From Candidatus Sumerlaeaceae bacterium (GTDB taxonomy: Bacteria > Sumerlaeota > Sumerlaeia > Sumerlaeales > Sumerlaeaceae), in the NCBI GenBank assembly GCA_051003195.1, contig JBPCLP010000021.1:160001-224000 (forward strand): DNA of 64,000 bases. Direction: 5' to 3'. The position numbers and the translations under genes were made by a program. The notes below the pieces were generated by a model. The model made no database searches. It saw nothing but the letters and a program-made list of their open reading frames with translations, and was not told where the DNA came from. Positions 17,516-27,280 of this stretch are shown here, in pieces; the stretch's first letter is position 1, and every line of letters starts with the position of its first letter.

Positions 17516-19675
17516 ATGGGTCTTCAGAAATATTATCGGAAGCGTGACTTTTCCAAGACCGCGGAACCGCGCGGGCATGTTCATTCTGCTCACAAGGGGG
17601 GCGGGCGTTTTGTAATCCAGAAGCACGCGGCAAGCCGCCTGCATTATGACTTTCGTCTCGAAATGGAAGGCGTGCTGCGAAGCTGGGCAGTTCCCAAGGG
17701 CCCCAGCCTCGACACAAAAGACAAGCGGCTCGCCGTGCAGGTTGAGGATCACCCGATCGAGTACGGGACGTTCGAGGGCATCATCCCACAGGGTGAATAT
17801 GGCGGCGGGACTGTGATGCTGTGGGACCATGGCAACTGGATTCCGAAATCCGACAACCCGCTCGCCGACTGGGAAAAAGGCGTTCTTAAGTTCGCGCTCG
17901 AAGGCACGAAACTGCAGGGCAACTGGATGCTGCTGCGCCTTGCTAAGCAGGAGGAGGGAGAGAAGCAGAACTGGCTCCTGGTGAAAGAAAAAGACGAGTT
18001 CGCGCGGCCTGCAACGAAGTACGTAGTGACTGAGGACCTCGACAAAAGCGTGACGACTGGCCGCAGCCTGGAACAGATTGCGGAAGGTGCAAAATCGAAG
18101 AAGCGTGGCGGTACGGGCGGGCTGAATGTATGGAGCTCCAACCGACCGCCCAAAGAGAACAAGTCGCGCACGGCGAAGCATGCTGTGGCGCCTGAAAAGA
18201 AGGACGTCGCTCGCGCTGCCGACATTTCGGATGTCGCCGGTGCACACAAAGCCGTCATGCCCGACTCCATCAAAGGCCCGCAACTGGCCACCTTGGTGAA
18301 AAGCGCACCCGGCGGAGACGAGTGGATCCACGAAATCAAATTCGACGGGTATCGCATCCTTGCATTTCTGAAGAATGGAAAGGCGCGGTTGGTTACGCGG
18401 AACGGCAACGATTGGACTGCGCAGTTCCATACGATTGCGCGAGCCATCGAAAAGCTCAAGATGCGGGAAGCTATTCTGGATGGAGAGGTTGTGCTGCCGG
18501 GCGTAAACGGGGCCACGGACTTCCAGGCGCTCCAGAACGCTATGAGCAGCCGTCGCCACGACGACCTGGTCTTTTACGCTTTTGACCTGCTGCATCTCAA
18601 TGGCTATGACTTAACAAAGGCGACGACGATCGATCGCAAGCGCGTGCTACTGGGTAGCCTTAAAAACTCAAAAGATAAACTGGCCGCCAGACACGTGCGC
18701 TACAGCGAACATTTTGAACAAGACGGGGCCGACGTTCTGAAGAGTGCGTGTAGCCTTAAGCTGGAAGGAATTATTTCGAAGTTGCGCGACGCGCAGTATA
18801 CCTTCGGGCGGAATGAAAACTGGGTTAAGGCGAAGTGCATCCAGCGGCAGGAATTTGTGATCGGCGGTTACACGGACCCGGAAGGCGGCCGCAGCCATTT
18901 TGGTGCACTGCTTGTTGGAATTCCGGCGGATTCCAAAAGTGGCGGCAACAAGCTGCGCTTCGCCGGCAAGGTCGGTACTGGATTCTCAAACAAGAGCCTT
19001 GAAGACCTGTGGAAACGCATGCGTCCGCTGGAGCAGTCGGAGTGCCCATTCACGAATCCACCAACTGCATCGTGGCGAAAGCGCGCGCATTGGGTGAAAC
19101 CGTTCCTGGTCGGCGAGGTGGAGTTCACGGAGTTCACTTCGGATGGCAAGCTTAGACATCCCTCGTTTCAGGGGCTGCGCGAAGATAAGGCAGCTAAAGA
19201 GGTTGTGGCCGAAAAACCAAAATCGATCGTTCGCAGTACCAGGAAACGCGAGCCCGCAAAGCGCAGCACGAAGCGCCAAGTTGCAGGTCCGGCGAAAAAA
19301 GGCAGGGCAGCAGGCACACGGCGCACCCTGAAAGCGGCTGTGCGAACGAGCAGGTTCACCGCACGCGCGGCTACTTCCGGGTCCGCGAGCCGGCGTGTTT
19401 CCGCCGCCACTCGCAGCCGCAGGACTGCAGGCGCGGCGGCGCTTGAAGCTGGTGTAGTCTACCGTTGGTTCGTATTCAGCTATGTGTGCCGAATCGCAGC
19501 CCAGCCTGCGCCACAGCAGGGGCTACTGTTTTGTGTAGCTCAGTCCAAGGCTGATAATTTTTTGCAGCAGGTACGGATACGACACACCGCAATGGGCAGC
19601 AGAATCGGCGAAGTCCTCGCCCTGCGCGATCTGCGGGTTTGGATTGGCCTCGAGCAGGAAGAGGTGCCCGTCTGA
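17516..19675 (+). CDS. ligD: NHEJ DNA ligase D (phosphoesterase + ligase + OB; no polymerase domain, C-terminus is run-through)
   Basis: YYRKRDFSKTAEP, QKHAASRLHYDFRLE, SWAVPKGP, EIKFDGYR, DGEVV, LEGIISK, WVKAK, GKVGTGF, LRHPSFQGLREDK. Confidence 0.9.
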   Translation: MGLQKYYRKRDFSKTAEPRGHVHSAHKGGGRFVIQKHAASRLHYDFRLEMEGVLRSWAVPKGPSLDTKDKRLAVQVEDHPIEYGTFEGIIPQGEYGGGTVMLWDHGNWIPKSDNPLADWEKGVLKFALEGTKLQGNWMLLRLAKQEEGEKQNWLLVKEKDEFARPATKYVVTEDLDKSVTTGRSLEQIAEGAKSKKRGGTGGLNVWSSNRPPKENKSRTAKHAVAPEKKDVARAADISDVAGAHKAVMPDSIKGPQLATLVKSAPGGDEWIHEIKFDGYRILAFLKNGKARLVTRNGNDWTAQFHTIARAIEKLKMREAILDGEVVLPGVNGATDFQALQNAMSSRRHDDLVFYAFDLLHLNGYDLTKATTIDRKRVLLGSLKNSKDKLAARHVRYSEHFEQDGADVLKSACSLKLEGIISKLRDAQYTFGRNENWVKAKCIQRQEFVIGGYTDPEGGRSHFGALLVGIPADSKSGGNKLRFAGKVGTGFSNKSLEDLWKRMRPLEQSECPFTNPPTASWRKRAHWVKPFLVGEVEFTEFTSDGKLRHPSFQGLREDKAAKEVVAEKPKSIVRSTRKREPAKRSTKRQVAGPAKKGRAAGTRRTLKAAVRTSRFTARAATSGSASRRVSAATRSRRTAGAAALEAGVVYRWFVFSYVCRIAAQPAPQQGLLFCVAQSKADNFLQQVRIRHTAMGSRIGEVLALRDLRVWIGLEQEEVPV
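19453..19496 (-). mobile_element. Right half of mini-element type A (44 bp)
   Basis: Reverse complement reads CGATTCGGCACACATAGCTGAATACGAACCAACGGTAGACTACA|CCAG. Confidence 0.8.
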
Positions 19676-20608
19676 AGTAAGCCGGTAATCAAGCCGCGCA
19701 TATCCACTGAGATGCAGATGGTGGTAGATGCGTTTGGATAGATGATCGCATCGCTTGGCGAGCTCGGGAGACAGCTCGGCGGGCTTGGTTACCAGGCCCA
19801 TCTTCTTCTGGTACTCCAGGTCCCACTTCAGCTTGTCGGTGGCAATCAGTGGCGCGCCATCGGAGAGGTTCGTCATCTCAAGCTCCCACGGGGTGTAAGC
19901 TCGCAGGGTCTGATTTCCTATGACGCCAACGTAGATCTCACGCCCTTCGATATACTCTTCTGTAATCGCGTCTGAACTGGTCTGGCGATGAATGAACTCC
20001 ACTCGCTCGACGAGGTGCTCGAAGTCTCTGACCAGCGATGCCTGCGAAATGCCAACCGAGCCTTCCGACACGCCCGACTTTACGAACAGCGGATATTTGA
20101 GTCGCGGCGCCTGTACCTTGCGCCCGCGCGGGAAATGAACGAAGCCCGGCATTGGGACATGATGGTAGCTGAGGATTTTCTTCGTGAGTGCTTTGTCATG
20201 GGCGAGCGTGAGGCCACGCGGGTTACAACCGGTGTAAGCCTGTTTCTTTAGCTCGAGGTAGCTGACGACATGCTGGTCATATAACGGGTTGCCGTCGAAA
20301 TCCTCCGCGAGATTAAAAGCGATATGCGGACGGTGCTCTGTCATCGCTCGCGAAATCACGCCGAGGTCGTCGTAAAAACCGACAGGAGTTACTTCGTGAC
20401 CGAGGCCGCGCAGTGTTGATAAAACATCCCATTCAGTTTTGAAAGGCGCGATTGCTTTTGCCGTCAGTCCTTCAATCGACTCCGGCGGCACAAGCGTCTC
20501 ATTCATCAGCACGATAATCCGGAGCTTGCGTCCAGCAGCGGCAATGGAGCCCGCTTCACCCTGATCTGCAGGGGTCGTCTCCACGAGCGGGGTGGCGGAT
20601 TCACTCAT
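19523..20608 (-). CDS. D-Ala-D-Ala ligase-like ATP-grasp enzyme
   Basis: AFNLAE, YTGC, HDKALTKKIL, YPLFVK, SVGISQAS, EEYIEGRE, YARLDYR, LEANPNP. Confidence 0.9.
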   Translation of the reverse strand: MSESATPLVETTPADQGEAGSIAAAGRKLRIIVLMNETLVPPESIEGLTAKAIAPFKTEWDVLSTLRGLGHEVTPVGFYDDLGVISRAMTEHRPHIAFNLAEDFDGNPLYDQHVVSYLELKKQAYTGCNPRGLTLAHDKALTKKILSYHHVPMPGFVHFPRGRKVQAPRLKYPLFVKSGVSEGSVGISQASLVRDFEHLVERVEFIHRQTSSDAITEEYIEGREIYVGVIGNQTLRAYTPWELEMTNLSDGAPLIATDKLKWDLEYQKKMGLVTKPAELSPELAKRCDHLSKRIYHHLHLSGYARLDYRLTSDGHLFLLEANPNPQIAQGEDFADSAAHCGVSYPYLLQKIISLGLSYTKQ

Positions 20609-21651
20609 AGCGGAATACGCGCATGGCCGTGCTGCGCAACGTGCAGCACTTGTGTAGTCAGCAACGAGGCGAACTCGTGGCGCGTCTGTTGTTCGTCGTG
20701 AACCAGCACAAGAGCCAATTGTCGAGCACGGTCGATCATTCTTTTCAACAACTGGTCTGCAGTGTAATGATGAACACCAGTCGTCTGCGAAACGGCGTTA
20801 CAGATAGCCCGGCGGAAGCGCGAAAGAAACGCAGCCGCGCGAATGCGCGGCGGCTTGCCATCCAGTTTTTCCACGCAGAAAATGCGCAGCAGATCCGCGT
20901 CGTAATGCGTAGGCAGGCCAACTTCGTAAAACTCGCGCTTGCGGCGGTAGTGTTCGCGCAATGTGGTACGGCAGGCCGAGAGTGGCAAAACGCGCCGGCG
21001 ACTTTGATTCGGAGCCTCCTGCCGTCGGATCGCCTCTCCGATATCGTCTATGGCTTGCAGTTTGGTGAGGGCCGGCCAGCCGTCGTAAATCTGGCGCCAT
21101 TTCTTCTTCGGGTCGGCAAGCCACACGGCAAACGTCTCAGCGAAATCTTCCGCGGGATGTGCCTGTGCATACCAGGCGTTCAGGTGCACAACGTAGTCAC
21201 GGCTCGCAGGCGCAGGATTGTAATGCTCGGGGTATTCCGCCGCGAATTCGCCGAATGTATTGCGCCAATCATCACGCTTATGCAGCATAAACGCGTTGTC
21301 CAGTGCGTGGCCCGCTTCATGACGCATGATCTTCATGCATTCCGCGTGTGCGGCGCCTTCACATTCCAGCATCTGGGTGCGCTCGAGACGCGACAGGCGC
21401 GGGTGACCAAGGTAGAACGGGATCGCAAATCCTGGTACGCCGTCGGGCGAGAACCATTCTTCGGATAGCCATGCATGGGGACGGAAGCTGATGCCTGCAC
21501 GCCAGAGCTCGCGGTGAAGTTGATCCAGCCGGGGCTGTAGCTGCGTGTGCTTCAGTGTGAGTTCCAGGTCGCAAAGGCGCATGTCGAGGAGGTCCTCGTC
21601 TGGCAGCTCCTTCCACTGCCACAAAGGCAGTGGGTTTTTGCAGCGGTCCAT
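20605..21651 (-). CDS. Putative zinc-binding metallopeptidase (Peptidase_Mx-like)
   Basis: WLSEEWFSPDG, RHEAGHALD (HExxH), YAQAHPAEDFAETFAVWL; 4-bp overlap with the ATP-grasp gene. Confidence 0.85.
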   Translation of the reverse strand: MDRCKNPLPLWQWKELPDEDLLDMRLCDLELTLKHTQLQPRLDQLHRELWRAGISFRPHAWLSEEWFSPDGVPGFAIPFYLGHPRLSRLERTQMLECEGAAHAECMKIMRHEAGHALDNAFMLHKRDDWRNTFGEFAAEYPEHYNPAPASRDYVVHLNAWYAQAHPAEDFAETFAVWLADPKKKWRQIYDGWPALTKLQAIDDIGEAIRRQEAPNQSRRRVLPLSACRTTLREHYRRKREFYEVGLPTHYDADLLRIFCVEKLDGKPPRIRAAAFLSRFRRAICNAVSQTTGVHHYTADQLLKRMIDRARQLALVLVHDEQQTRHEFASLLTTQVLHVAQHGHARIPL

Positions 21652-21717
21652 GAGCCCAGTTGCTGAGTACGCTTTAATTAAAACAAGCTAAAGAATCGAA
21701 TCTTAGAGCGGCCCCTG

Positions 21718-22653
21718 TTACTCGGGCGGCTGGCGCATCTGTGGCAGGAAGTTTTCGCGTAATAAATCGTAGCCCACCAGTTCGATCTGCATTTCATGAA
21801 TGACCTGCTTGAGCCGCGGATCGCAAAGCATTTCCATTTCTGCGTGCCGGTGTTCGGCCATGTTCTTCGGGCCGCTGACGTTCATGTCGCGCAAGACCTC
21901 GACCTCAGGTGTTTTCACAAGTGTGTGACACACGACCAGGTATACGCCGGGTTTTGTAATGCTGCGCATCTGTGCGATCAATGCGTCGGCTTTTTTCGTG
22001 GGCTCCACGCTGTAGACAACTGGTCCCTGCGTTTCTCCAAGCCAGCGGGAAATTCCAAGCCCCTTTTCTCTGGCTACCTTCTCGAATCGTTCACGCATTT
22101 CAGGAGTCGTGACCGCAGCGCCCATGTGATGGTCCATGTAAGAAAGCTTCAGGCCTTTGCGCAACGCCAGCTCAACCTGCGCCCGAATCTCAGATTCCAC
22201 CTCATTTGAGTTCGGCTGGTGCGCGACCAGGTCTTTGCGCGTCCCAAAAAAGTGGCCCCATTCGTCTACGAGCGACGGGACTTCTTTAGCCGGCAGCACG
22301 GGACCCCATTTATACGGCAGCCATTCGGAATTAAGGCACACATGCACGCCAACGCTGACGTTTGGATACCGCTTAAGTATTTCTACCGTCTCGTCGAGCC
22401 AGCCAGTATTAACAATCACACTTACAGCCGTCACCACACCGCATTGCAGAATGCGTTCAAGTGCCATGTTGCTGGCGTGGCAAAAGCCGGCATCGTCTGA
22501 CCGAAAGACAAATCGGATTTTATCGTCCCCGAAGAGGTTAACTGGAGCCGTTGTCGTTTCCAAAGAGGACGAAACTGTGGCACTCGTTTGCGCCTGCGCT
22601 ACGCTATACAGGCAAAACCAACTCAATCCGGCAACTACCGCGAGTGCCCTCAT
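21718..22653 (-). CDS. ChbG/YdjC-family carbohydrate deacetylase, exported
   Basis: Signal peptide; RSDDAG, GVHVCLNSEW, MDHHM. Confidence 0.88.
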   Translation of the reverse strand: MRALAVVAGLSWFCLYSVAQAQTSATVSSSLETTTAPVNLFGDDKIRFVFRSDDAGFCHASNMALERILQCGVVTAVSVIVNTGWLDETVEILKRYPNVSVGVHVCLNSEWLPYKWGPVLPAKEVPSLVDEWGHFFGTRKDLVAHQPNSNEVESEIRAQVELALRKGLKLSYMDHHMGAAVTTPEMRERFEKVAREKGLGISRWLGETQGPVVYSVEPTKKADALIAQMRSITKPGVYLVVCHTLVKTPEVEVLRDMNVSGPKNMAEHRHAEMEMLCDPRLKQVIHEMQIELVGYDLLRENFLPQMRQPPE

Positions 22654-22829
22654 GCGATCTCCTTATTTAGGAGAATGGCGAACGGCTGGAGAAACTTCGT
22701 CAAGATTTCAGGAAGGTTGTGCTTGCCAAAGTGCCTGAGTCGCTATATGACTAGAGCTTGCCGTTAGATAAAAGGCTGCATGCGGACGAAATTTCAAGCG
22801 CCAAGTGCAGTGTGATGATCTGAGACTAC

Positions 22830-23237
22830 ATGACTTGCCGTATCCTTATAGTCGATAGTGACGAGAACAGCCGAACCATTTTAACACGGCGCCTGACCCG
22901 GCGCGGTTTTGAAGTCCTTACTGTTGAGGATGGTTCGATGGCTATCGCGGAGGTAACCAGCCAGCGCCCCGATGTTATTTTAATGGATCTTAGCGTCGTG
23001 ACCATGGATTGCTGGCAAACGGCGCGCGAGCTAAAACGGAAACCGGAAACTGCACATGTGCCAATCGTAGCAATTTCGGTGTTGGACCTGACATGGGACC
23101 AGGAGGCGGCGTTGCAGGCGGGATGTGACGTATATTTGCCGAAGCCGATCAACATGGATACTCTAGGCGATATCCTGGTACGCGTGAGTAAATCCAAGTG
23201 CGTGTCCGCTCAACCCCAGAGTGTGCCAAATTCCTAG
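22830..23237 (+). CDS. Single-domain response regulator
   Basis: ILIVDSDE, PDVILMD, PIVAIS, AGCDVYLPKP; stop codon lies inside a mini-element. Confidence 0.9.
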   Translation: MTCRILIVDSDENSRTILTRRLTRRGFEVLTVEDGSMAIAEVTSQRPDVILMDLSVVTMDCWQTARELKRKPETAHVPIVAISVLDLTWDQEAALQAGCDVYLPKPINMDTLGDILVRVSKSKCVSAQPQSVPNS

Positions 23238-23313
23238 TTCCTTACCAGACGAAGGGCCAGACGTAACCTCAATTCGGCACACAGAACAGATTACGTACTA
23301 ACGGTAGAACACA
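23222..23313 (+). mobile_element. Mini-element type A (92 bp)
   Basis: TGTGCCAAATTCCTAGTTCC...AATTCGGCACACAGAAC...TAACGGTAGAACACA|CCAG. Confidence 0.85.
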
Positions 23314-23329
23314 CCAGTACACAGCGTGC

Positions 23330-23692
23330 TTGCTTTCGTGTCTCGTGGATTCGCAATGCCACGATGTGAAACTGGAGGATATCTTGAATCAGGCCGTACA
23401 AGCAGACGTCGTACTTAAAATTGTAAAGGACGTACTCAGCAGGACTTCTGAGTTTGCACTTTCGGGAGACCCCATTCCTGGTAAGCATGGGCTGCGTGTG
23501 ACGTTACTGAAAACGGCAACTCTGAACCCTGACCTGGATACAAGCGCCAGCGTGGACCGCCTGCGGCTCATTCTCGGAAATGAACTTATGAAATCGCAGT
23601 ATCGCATCACAGCATGGACGCAGTCGAAATTCGAGCTTGTTGTGGATGTGGATCGCTCGCAAACCGATAGCTCCGAAAGCGCTAATCATTAA
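23330..23692 (+). CDS. Hypothetical protein (start uncertain)
   Basis: 120-aa ORF filling the gap between collinear genes; no motif. Confidence 0.45.
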   Translation: MLSCLVDSQCHDVKLEDILNQAVQADVVLKIVKDVLSRTSEFALSGDPIPGKHGLRVTLLKTATLNPDLDTSASVDRLRLILGNELMKSQYRITAWTQSKFELVVDVDRSQTDSSESANH

Positions 23693-23749
23693 CCAACAGG
23701 TGGGGACGCGTATGCTGCTTAGTCACGCAAGTTAGGCGCCGAGATTTCC

Positions 23750-24325
23750 ATGATTGTTATTCCTCCTGGTATCCGCGGCCTCGTGTTTGATTGCGATGGA
23801 ACGGTCGCGGATACAATGCCGCTGCATTACAACGCCTGGACCATAGCTTTGAGCCAACATAGCTGTGACTTTCCCGAGGCGCTGTTTTACGAGATGGCCG
23901 GCATACCCACTGTGAAGATCATCGAGCTGCTGAACGAGCGGCATCAGTATGACATGCCGGTGCAGCAGACTGCAGACGAGAAGGAGAAGATCTTCATGAG
24001 TCTGCTGCCGCTTGTGACAGCGATAGAGCCAGTGGCCGAGGTTGTGCGCCAGCACGCGGACGCGCTGCCGATGGCGGTGGCGACGGGCGGCACCCGCGCC
24101 ATTTGTTCGAAGACGCTGGAGAGTCTCGGGCTGCTTCATTATTTTCGAGCGATCGTCACGGCCGACGATGTGGAGCATGGCAAGCCTGCGCCGGACATCT
24201 TCCTGGAAGCTGCGCGTAGAATTCAGGTGGAGCCTCGGCTCTGTCTTGCATTTGAGGATGCCGAGCTGGGATTGCAGGCGGCGCGCGCAGCCGGAATGCA
24301 GGTACTGGACATCCGCATGTTATGA
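23750..24325 (+). CDS. HAD-family phosphatase (YqaB / beta-phosphoglucomutase-like)
   Basis: FDCDGTVADTMPLH, VATGG, GKPAPDIFL, FEDAELG. Confidence 0.93.
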   Translation: MIVIPPGIRGLVFDCDGTVADTMPLHYNAWTIALSQHSCDFPEALFYEMAGIPTVKIIELLNERHQYDMPVQQTADEKEKIFMSLLPLVTAIEPVAEVVRQHADALPMAVATGGTRAICSKTLESLGLLHYFRAIVTADDVEHGKPAPDIFLEAARRIQVEPRLCLAFEDAELGLQAARAAGMQVLDIRML

Positions 24326-24971
24326 AGCGGCTACCGCGACCACCCACAGTTTTCATATTGTCGCCTGCGCATCTGGGAGGAAAGCGGGCGCAGTTGTTAT
24401 GGCGCGAAGGCGCAAATTTCGATCTGGCCGCCCGGTTGCAGCGTGGCATTCCGGTGCCGCTCGGCGAAGTTTACGAATTCGTAAGTGGACTTTATTTTCG
24501 CGGCAAGATGGCGTACGCTCGCGCCTTTTCAACTAACTGCGGAGGGCGATCCGCCGTGTTTACCATTACCCCGGATCGAGGGCTCGTTCACGTCGACGAT
24601 CTTGTCACAATGGCGGACGTGAAACAGATGGTGAAGTAGATATTAACGCGACTGATGCCCGTTATCATGAGCCATTGCGCAGAGACGTGACGGCGTTGAG
24701 ACAAACGCTGCGCAACAACGGACGCATCGTTCTGCTTGGCAGTATCGCGACTGCGAAGTATGTGGATATTCTGTTGGAAATAGCCCACGACCGGGTGCTT
24801 TTCCCGTCGGATTTTGTCGGCAGGGGCGACCTGAGCCGCGGAGGACTATGTCTGCGGGCGGCCGCCGATGGCATGGAACTGAGTTACTCGCCCGTGTTAG
24901 GTGCCACTCGAACCGGCAAACGACCGCCAATCCTGGAGCCGCGGCCTAAGATTCGACAGGCAGTTAAATAG
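24322..24971 (+). pseudogene. Hypothetical gene split by a frameshift near 24630
   Basis: ORF 24322-24639 overlaps the HAD stop (ATGA); a second frame reads EVDINATDARYHEPLRRD...VLLGSIATAKYVDIL...FPSDFVGRGDLSRGGL from ~24633. Confidence 0.65.
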
Positions 24972-24988
24972 CGCCGTTCCGGGTTTCC

Positions 24989-26887
24989 TTACTCGGAGGA
25001 CTTTTTCTTCTTCGCCGAAGACTTCTGCGACTCGCCTTCTTTCGCTGCAACTTCCTTTGTATTTTGCTCCTTTTTCACTGGAGGCAGCGACTTCCATGTT
25101 TCGTAGGCTAGCTTCTGGTATTTTGAATCCGGGAAGCGAACGGCGAAAGTCTCGAGCAGCCGGTGCGCGGAGTTGGAGTCGCCCAGGTCAGCCGCCAGGG
25201 TGGCGCGAATCAGCGTGTAATAGTCTTTATGGTCCGAATCAGGAAACAGGGCTTCAAACTCTTTGATCTTGTTCAATGCCTTCCTGCGAAGGGCATCGTC
25301 GTCCTGGTCCACCATCAGTGAAACCATCTTTATAAAAGCCATGTCGGTTTTGCCAAACCGGTTCTGCGGATCCTTTTCAAAGACTTGCGCATACATTGCA
25401 CGCGCTTCCCGTTTGTGGCCAGCGATGAGCTTCGAGTCTGCGTCTTTGATCCAGCGATCGACATCCTCTTGCGTTATCTCTGCTGCTTTTGTCTCCTCAC
25501 CGGACTCACTTTTATCGGCAGAGTCAGTGCCGGGGGCGGACGATTCGCCTTTTGGTTCTGAGGAAGCAGGCGGAGCGTCGCCTGAGTCCGTTTTAGGCGA
25601 AGCCGTTCGTGTGCTTGAAACGCGCGACGTCTTGGCAGCAGGTTCAGTCTTCGTTTCTTCACTGGCTGCAGTCGATTTCTCCGACGTTGTTGCTTTGCTG
25701 GTATCGGCAGGCGCACTCGCGGTTGTGCCAGCTTTCGCAGACTTGCCGGTTTTCTGAAGCTTGCGGATGGTAGACATCGCATCTGCTTCGTCAGCCGGTG
25801 CCTCCGTAGTTGCGGTACCGCTGTCGGCAGGCTTTGCCTTGGTTTCTTTCTTTACGGCGTTCGAGCCATTCTCCGTTTTTGCGGATTCCGCGGCGGCAGG
25901 TTGACTACCGCGACTGCCTGTTTTCAGAAGCGGCTTCGGCAGCTCTTCATCCGCGGCTGGATCCTCGGTTACGGAAGAAGCAGGAGTTTTGCGAGGTTCC
26001 GCCTGGCTGATAAGCAGTTCGTCATCGCTGTGCCGCAGAGCACCGCCGCCTCCGGGCGACACGCTGCGAGACGCGTTTAGCAACGGCACGATTTCATTAC
26101 CCAGGGGTGGTGACGAGGCTTTCCCCGTTGCCTGCGCAGTGGTGCGCGGCTTCGAACCCGTGGCTGCCCTGAACTTGGCTTCTGCCTGTGAGAGGGGTAA
26201 CGCTTCGCTTTTTGTCGCGGCAAATGCCGGTTTCTTGCTCCGTGTGTTCGGCTCAGCATCCGGAGGCAGGCTGGTGGAAAGCTTCGCGTCCGCTGCTTTG
26301 CTGACTCGCGACTCGGCCGACTTACTGACAGGCGCGGAAAATCTGGATTCAAGCACCGGTTTTGAAATCTCGCTGTTCTTTGGCGCCGTTCGGTTGATGT
26401 TTAGAGTCGTGTCCTGCATCGCCGCTGTCGGCACTACGCTGGCAGTTTGCATCGGTGAGGGCGCGGGCGCCAGCAACTGCCTCTGGTTATCGAGCGTTCC
26501 TGCCAGTTGCGGCGCGCGAACAAAACCCACCGTCTTGTCGACTAACTTGCCGGTGCAATCCAAAGTGAGCAACGTAGGGTATGCGTCTACCTGGTAGCGC
26601 TGCACGATATCTGCGCGCTGATCGCCATCGATCCGAACTTTGATGTAGTTGTCCAGCCGGGCTGCAATATTAGGATCGGAAAGCGTCTCGCGGTCCAGCT
26701 GTTTGCAGTTGTGGCACCACGTGGTAGAGAAGTCCGCGAAGATCGGTTTCCCTTCGCGCTTTGCTGCGGCCAGTGCTTCCTCGTAGTTAAGAAACCAATC
26801 CTGACTTGCGAGCAAGGGAACAGTCAGGGAACTCGAAAGCGAAAGAATGAGAAGTCTGGTCGCGAGCCGACGCACGCTTGTTTTCAT
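24989..26887 (-). CDS. Exported thioredoxin-domain protein with a long low-complexity linker and TPR-like C-terminus
   Basis: Signal peptide, KPIFADFSTTWCHNCKQL, YPT cis-Pro loop; S/T/A/K/P-rich middle; helical end (FEALFPDSD, FAVRFPDSKY). Confidence 0.8.
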   Translation of the reverse strand: MKTSVRRLATRLLILSLSSSLTVPLLASQDWFLNYEEALAAAKREGKPIFADFSTTWCHNCKQLDRETLSDPNIAARLDNYIKVRIDGDQRADIVQRYQVDAYPTLLTLDCTGKLVDKTVGFVRAPQLAGTLDNQRQLLAPAPSPMQTASVVPTAAMQDTTLNINRTAPKNSEISKPVLESRFSAPVSKSAESRVSKAADAKLSTSLPPDAEPNTRSKKPAFAATKSEALPLSQAEAKFRAATGSKPRTTAQATGKASSPPLGNEIVPLLNASRSVSPGGGGALRHSDDELLISQAEPRKTPASSVTEDPAADEELPKPLLKTGSRGSQPAAAESAKTENGSNAVKKETKAKPADSGTATTEAPADEADAMSTIRKLQKTGKSAKAGTTASAPADTSKATTSEKSTAASEETKTEPAAKTSRVSSTRTASPKTDSGDAPPASSEPKGESSAPGTDSADKSESGEETKAAEITQEDVDRWIKDADSKLIAGHKREARAMYAQVFEKDPQNRFGKTDMAFIKMVSLMVDQDDDALRRKALNKIKEFEALFPDSDHKDYYTLIRATLAADLGDSNSAHRLLETFAVRFPDSKYQKLAYETWKSLPPVKKEQNTKEVAAKEGESQKSSAKKKKSSE

Positions 26888-27280
26888 CTGCAATGAAGAC
26901 CTTCGATTTCTATAGCTTGGTGGCATGCCGGACATGGATAAAGGCTAAGTTCAACAAAACTCGCATAAGAAAAGATTTAATCACACATTGTTCCGAATTC
27001 ACATCGCCTCTGCATAAATTGTGGAAAAGCTTCGGTCTCCTTGTGAATACACGGTTCGCCACCAGCCCAAAGGTGAAACGAGCAATTATGCGGCTAAAAC
27101 GTTGATTATTAATGACTTATATTGCCCGCCGGGTTACGCCTTTCTTGATAACCATAATCGAGCTGCGATGGGGCCCCCCGTTCGGAGTACAGGCTTTAGC
27201 CTGGGCTGACACAAGCTCTTCGAAGATCACGGTGCATTTCGAGACTTGAGTAGTAATTCCATTCCTGCCGCACTCCGCCT

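Noticed and set aside
26975..27060. Rex operator near TTGTGAA
   Set aside because: Only half-sites; no TTGTGAA-N4-TTCACAA palindrome here or between the pnt genes
27184..27203. GGAGTACAGGCTTTAGCCTG REP-like hairpin
   Set aside because: Single copy in the window, so repeat status cannot be supported
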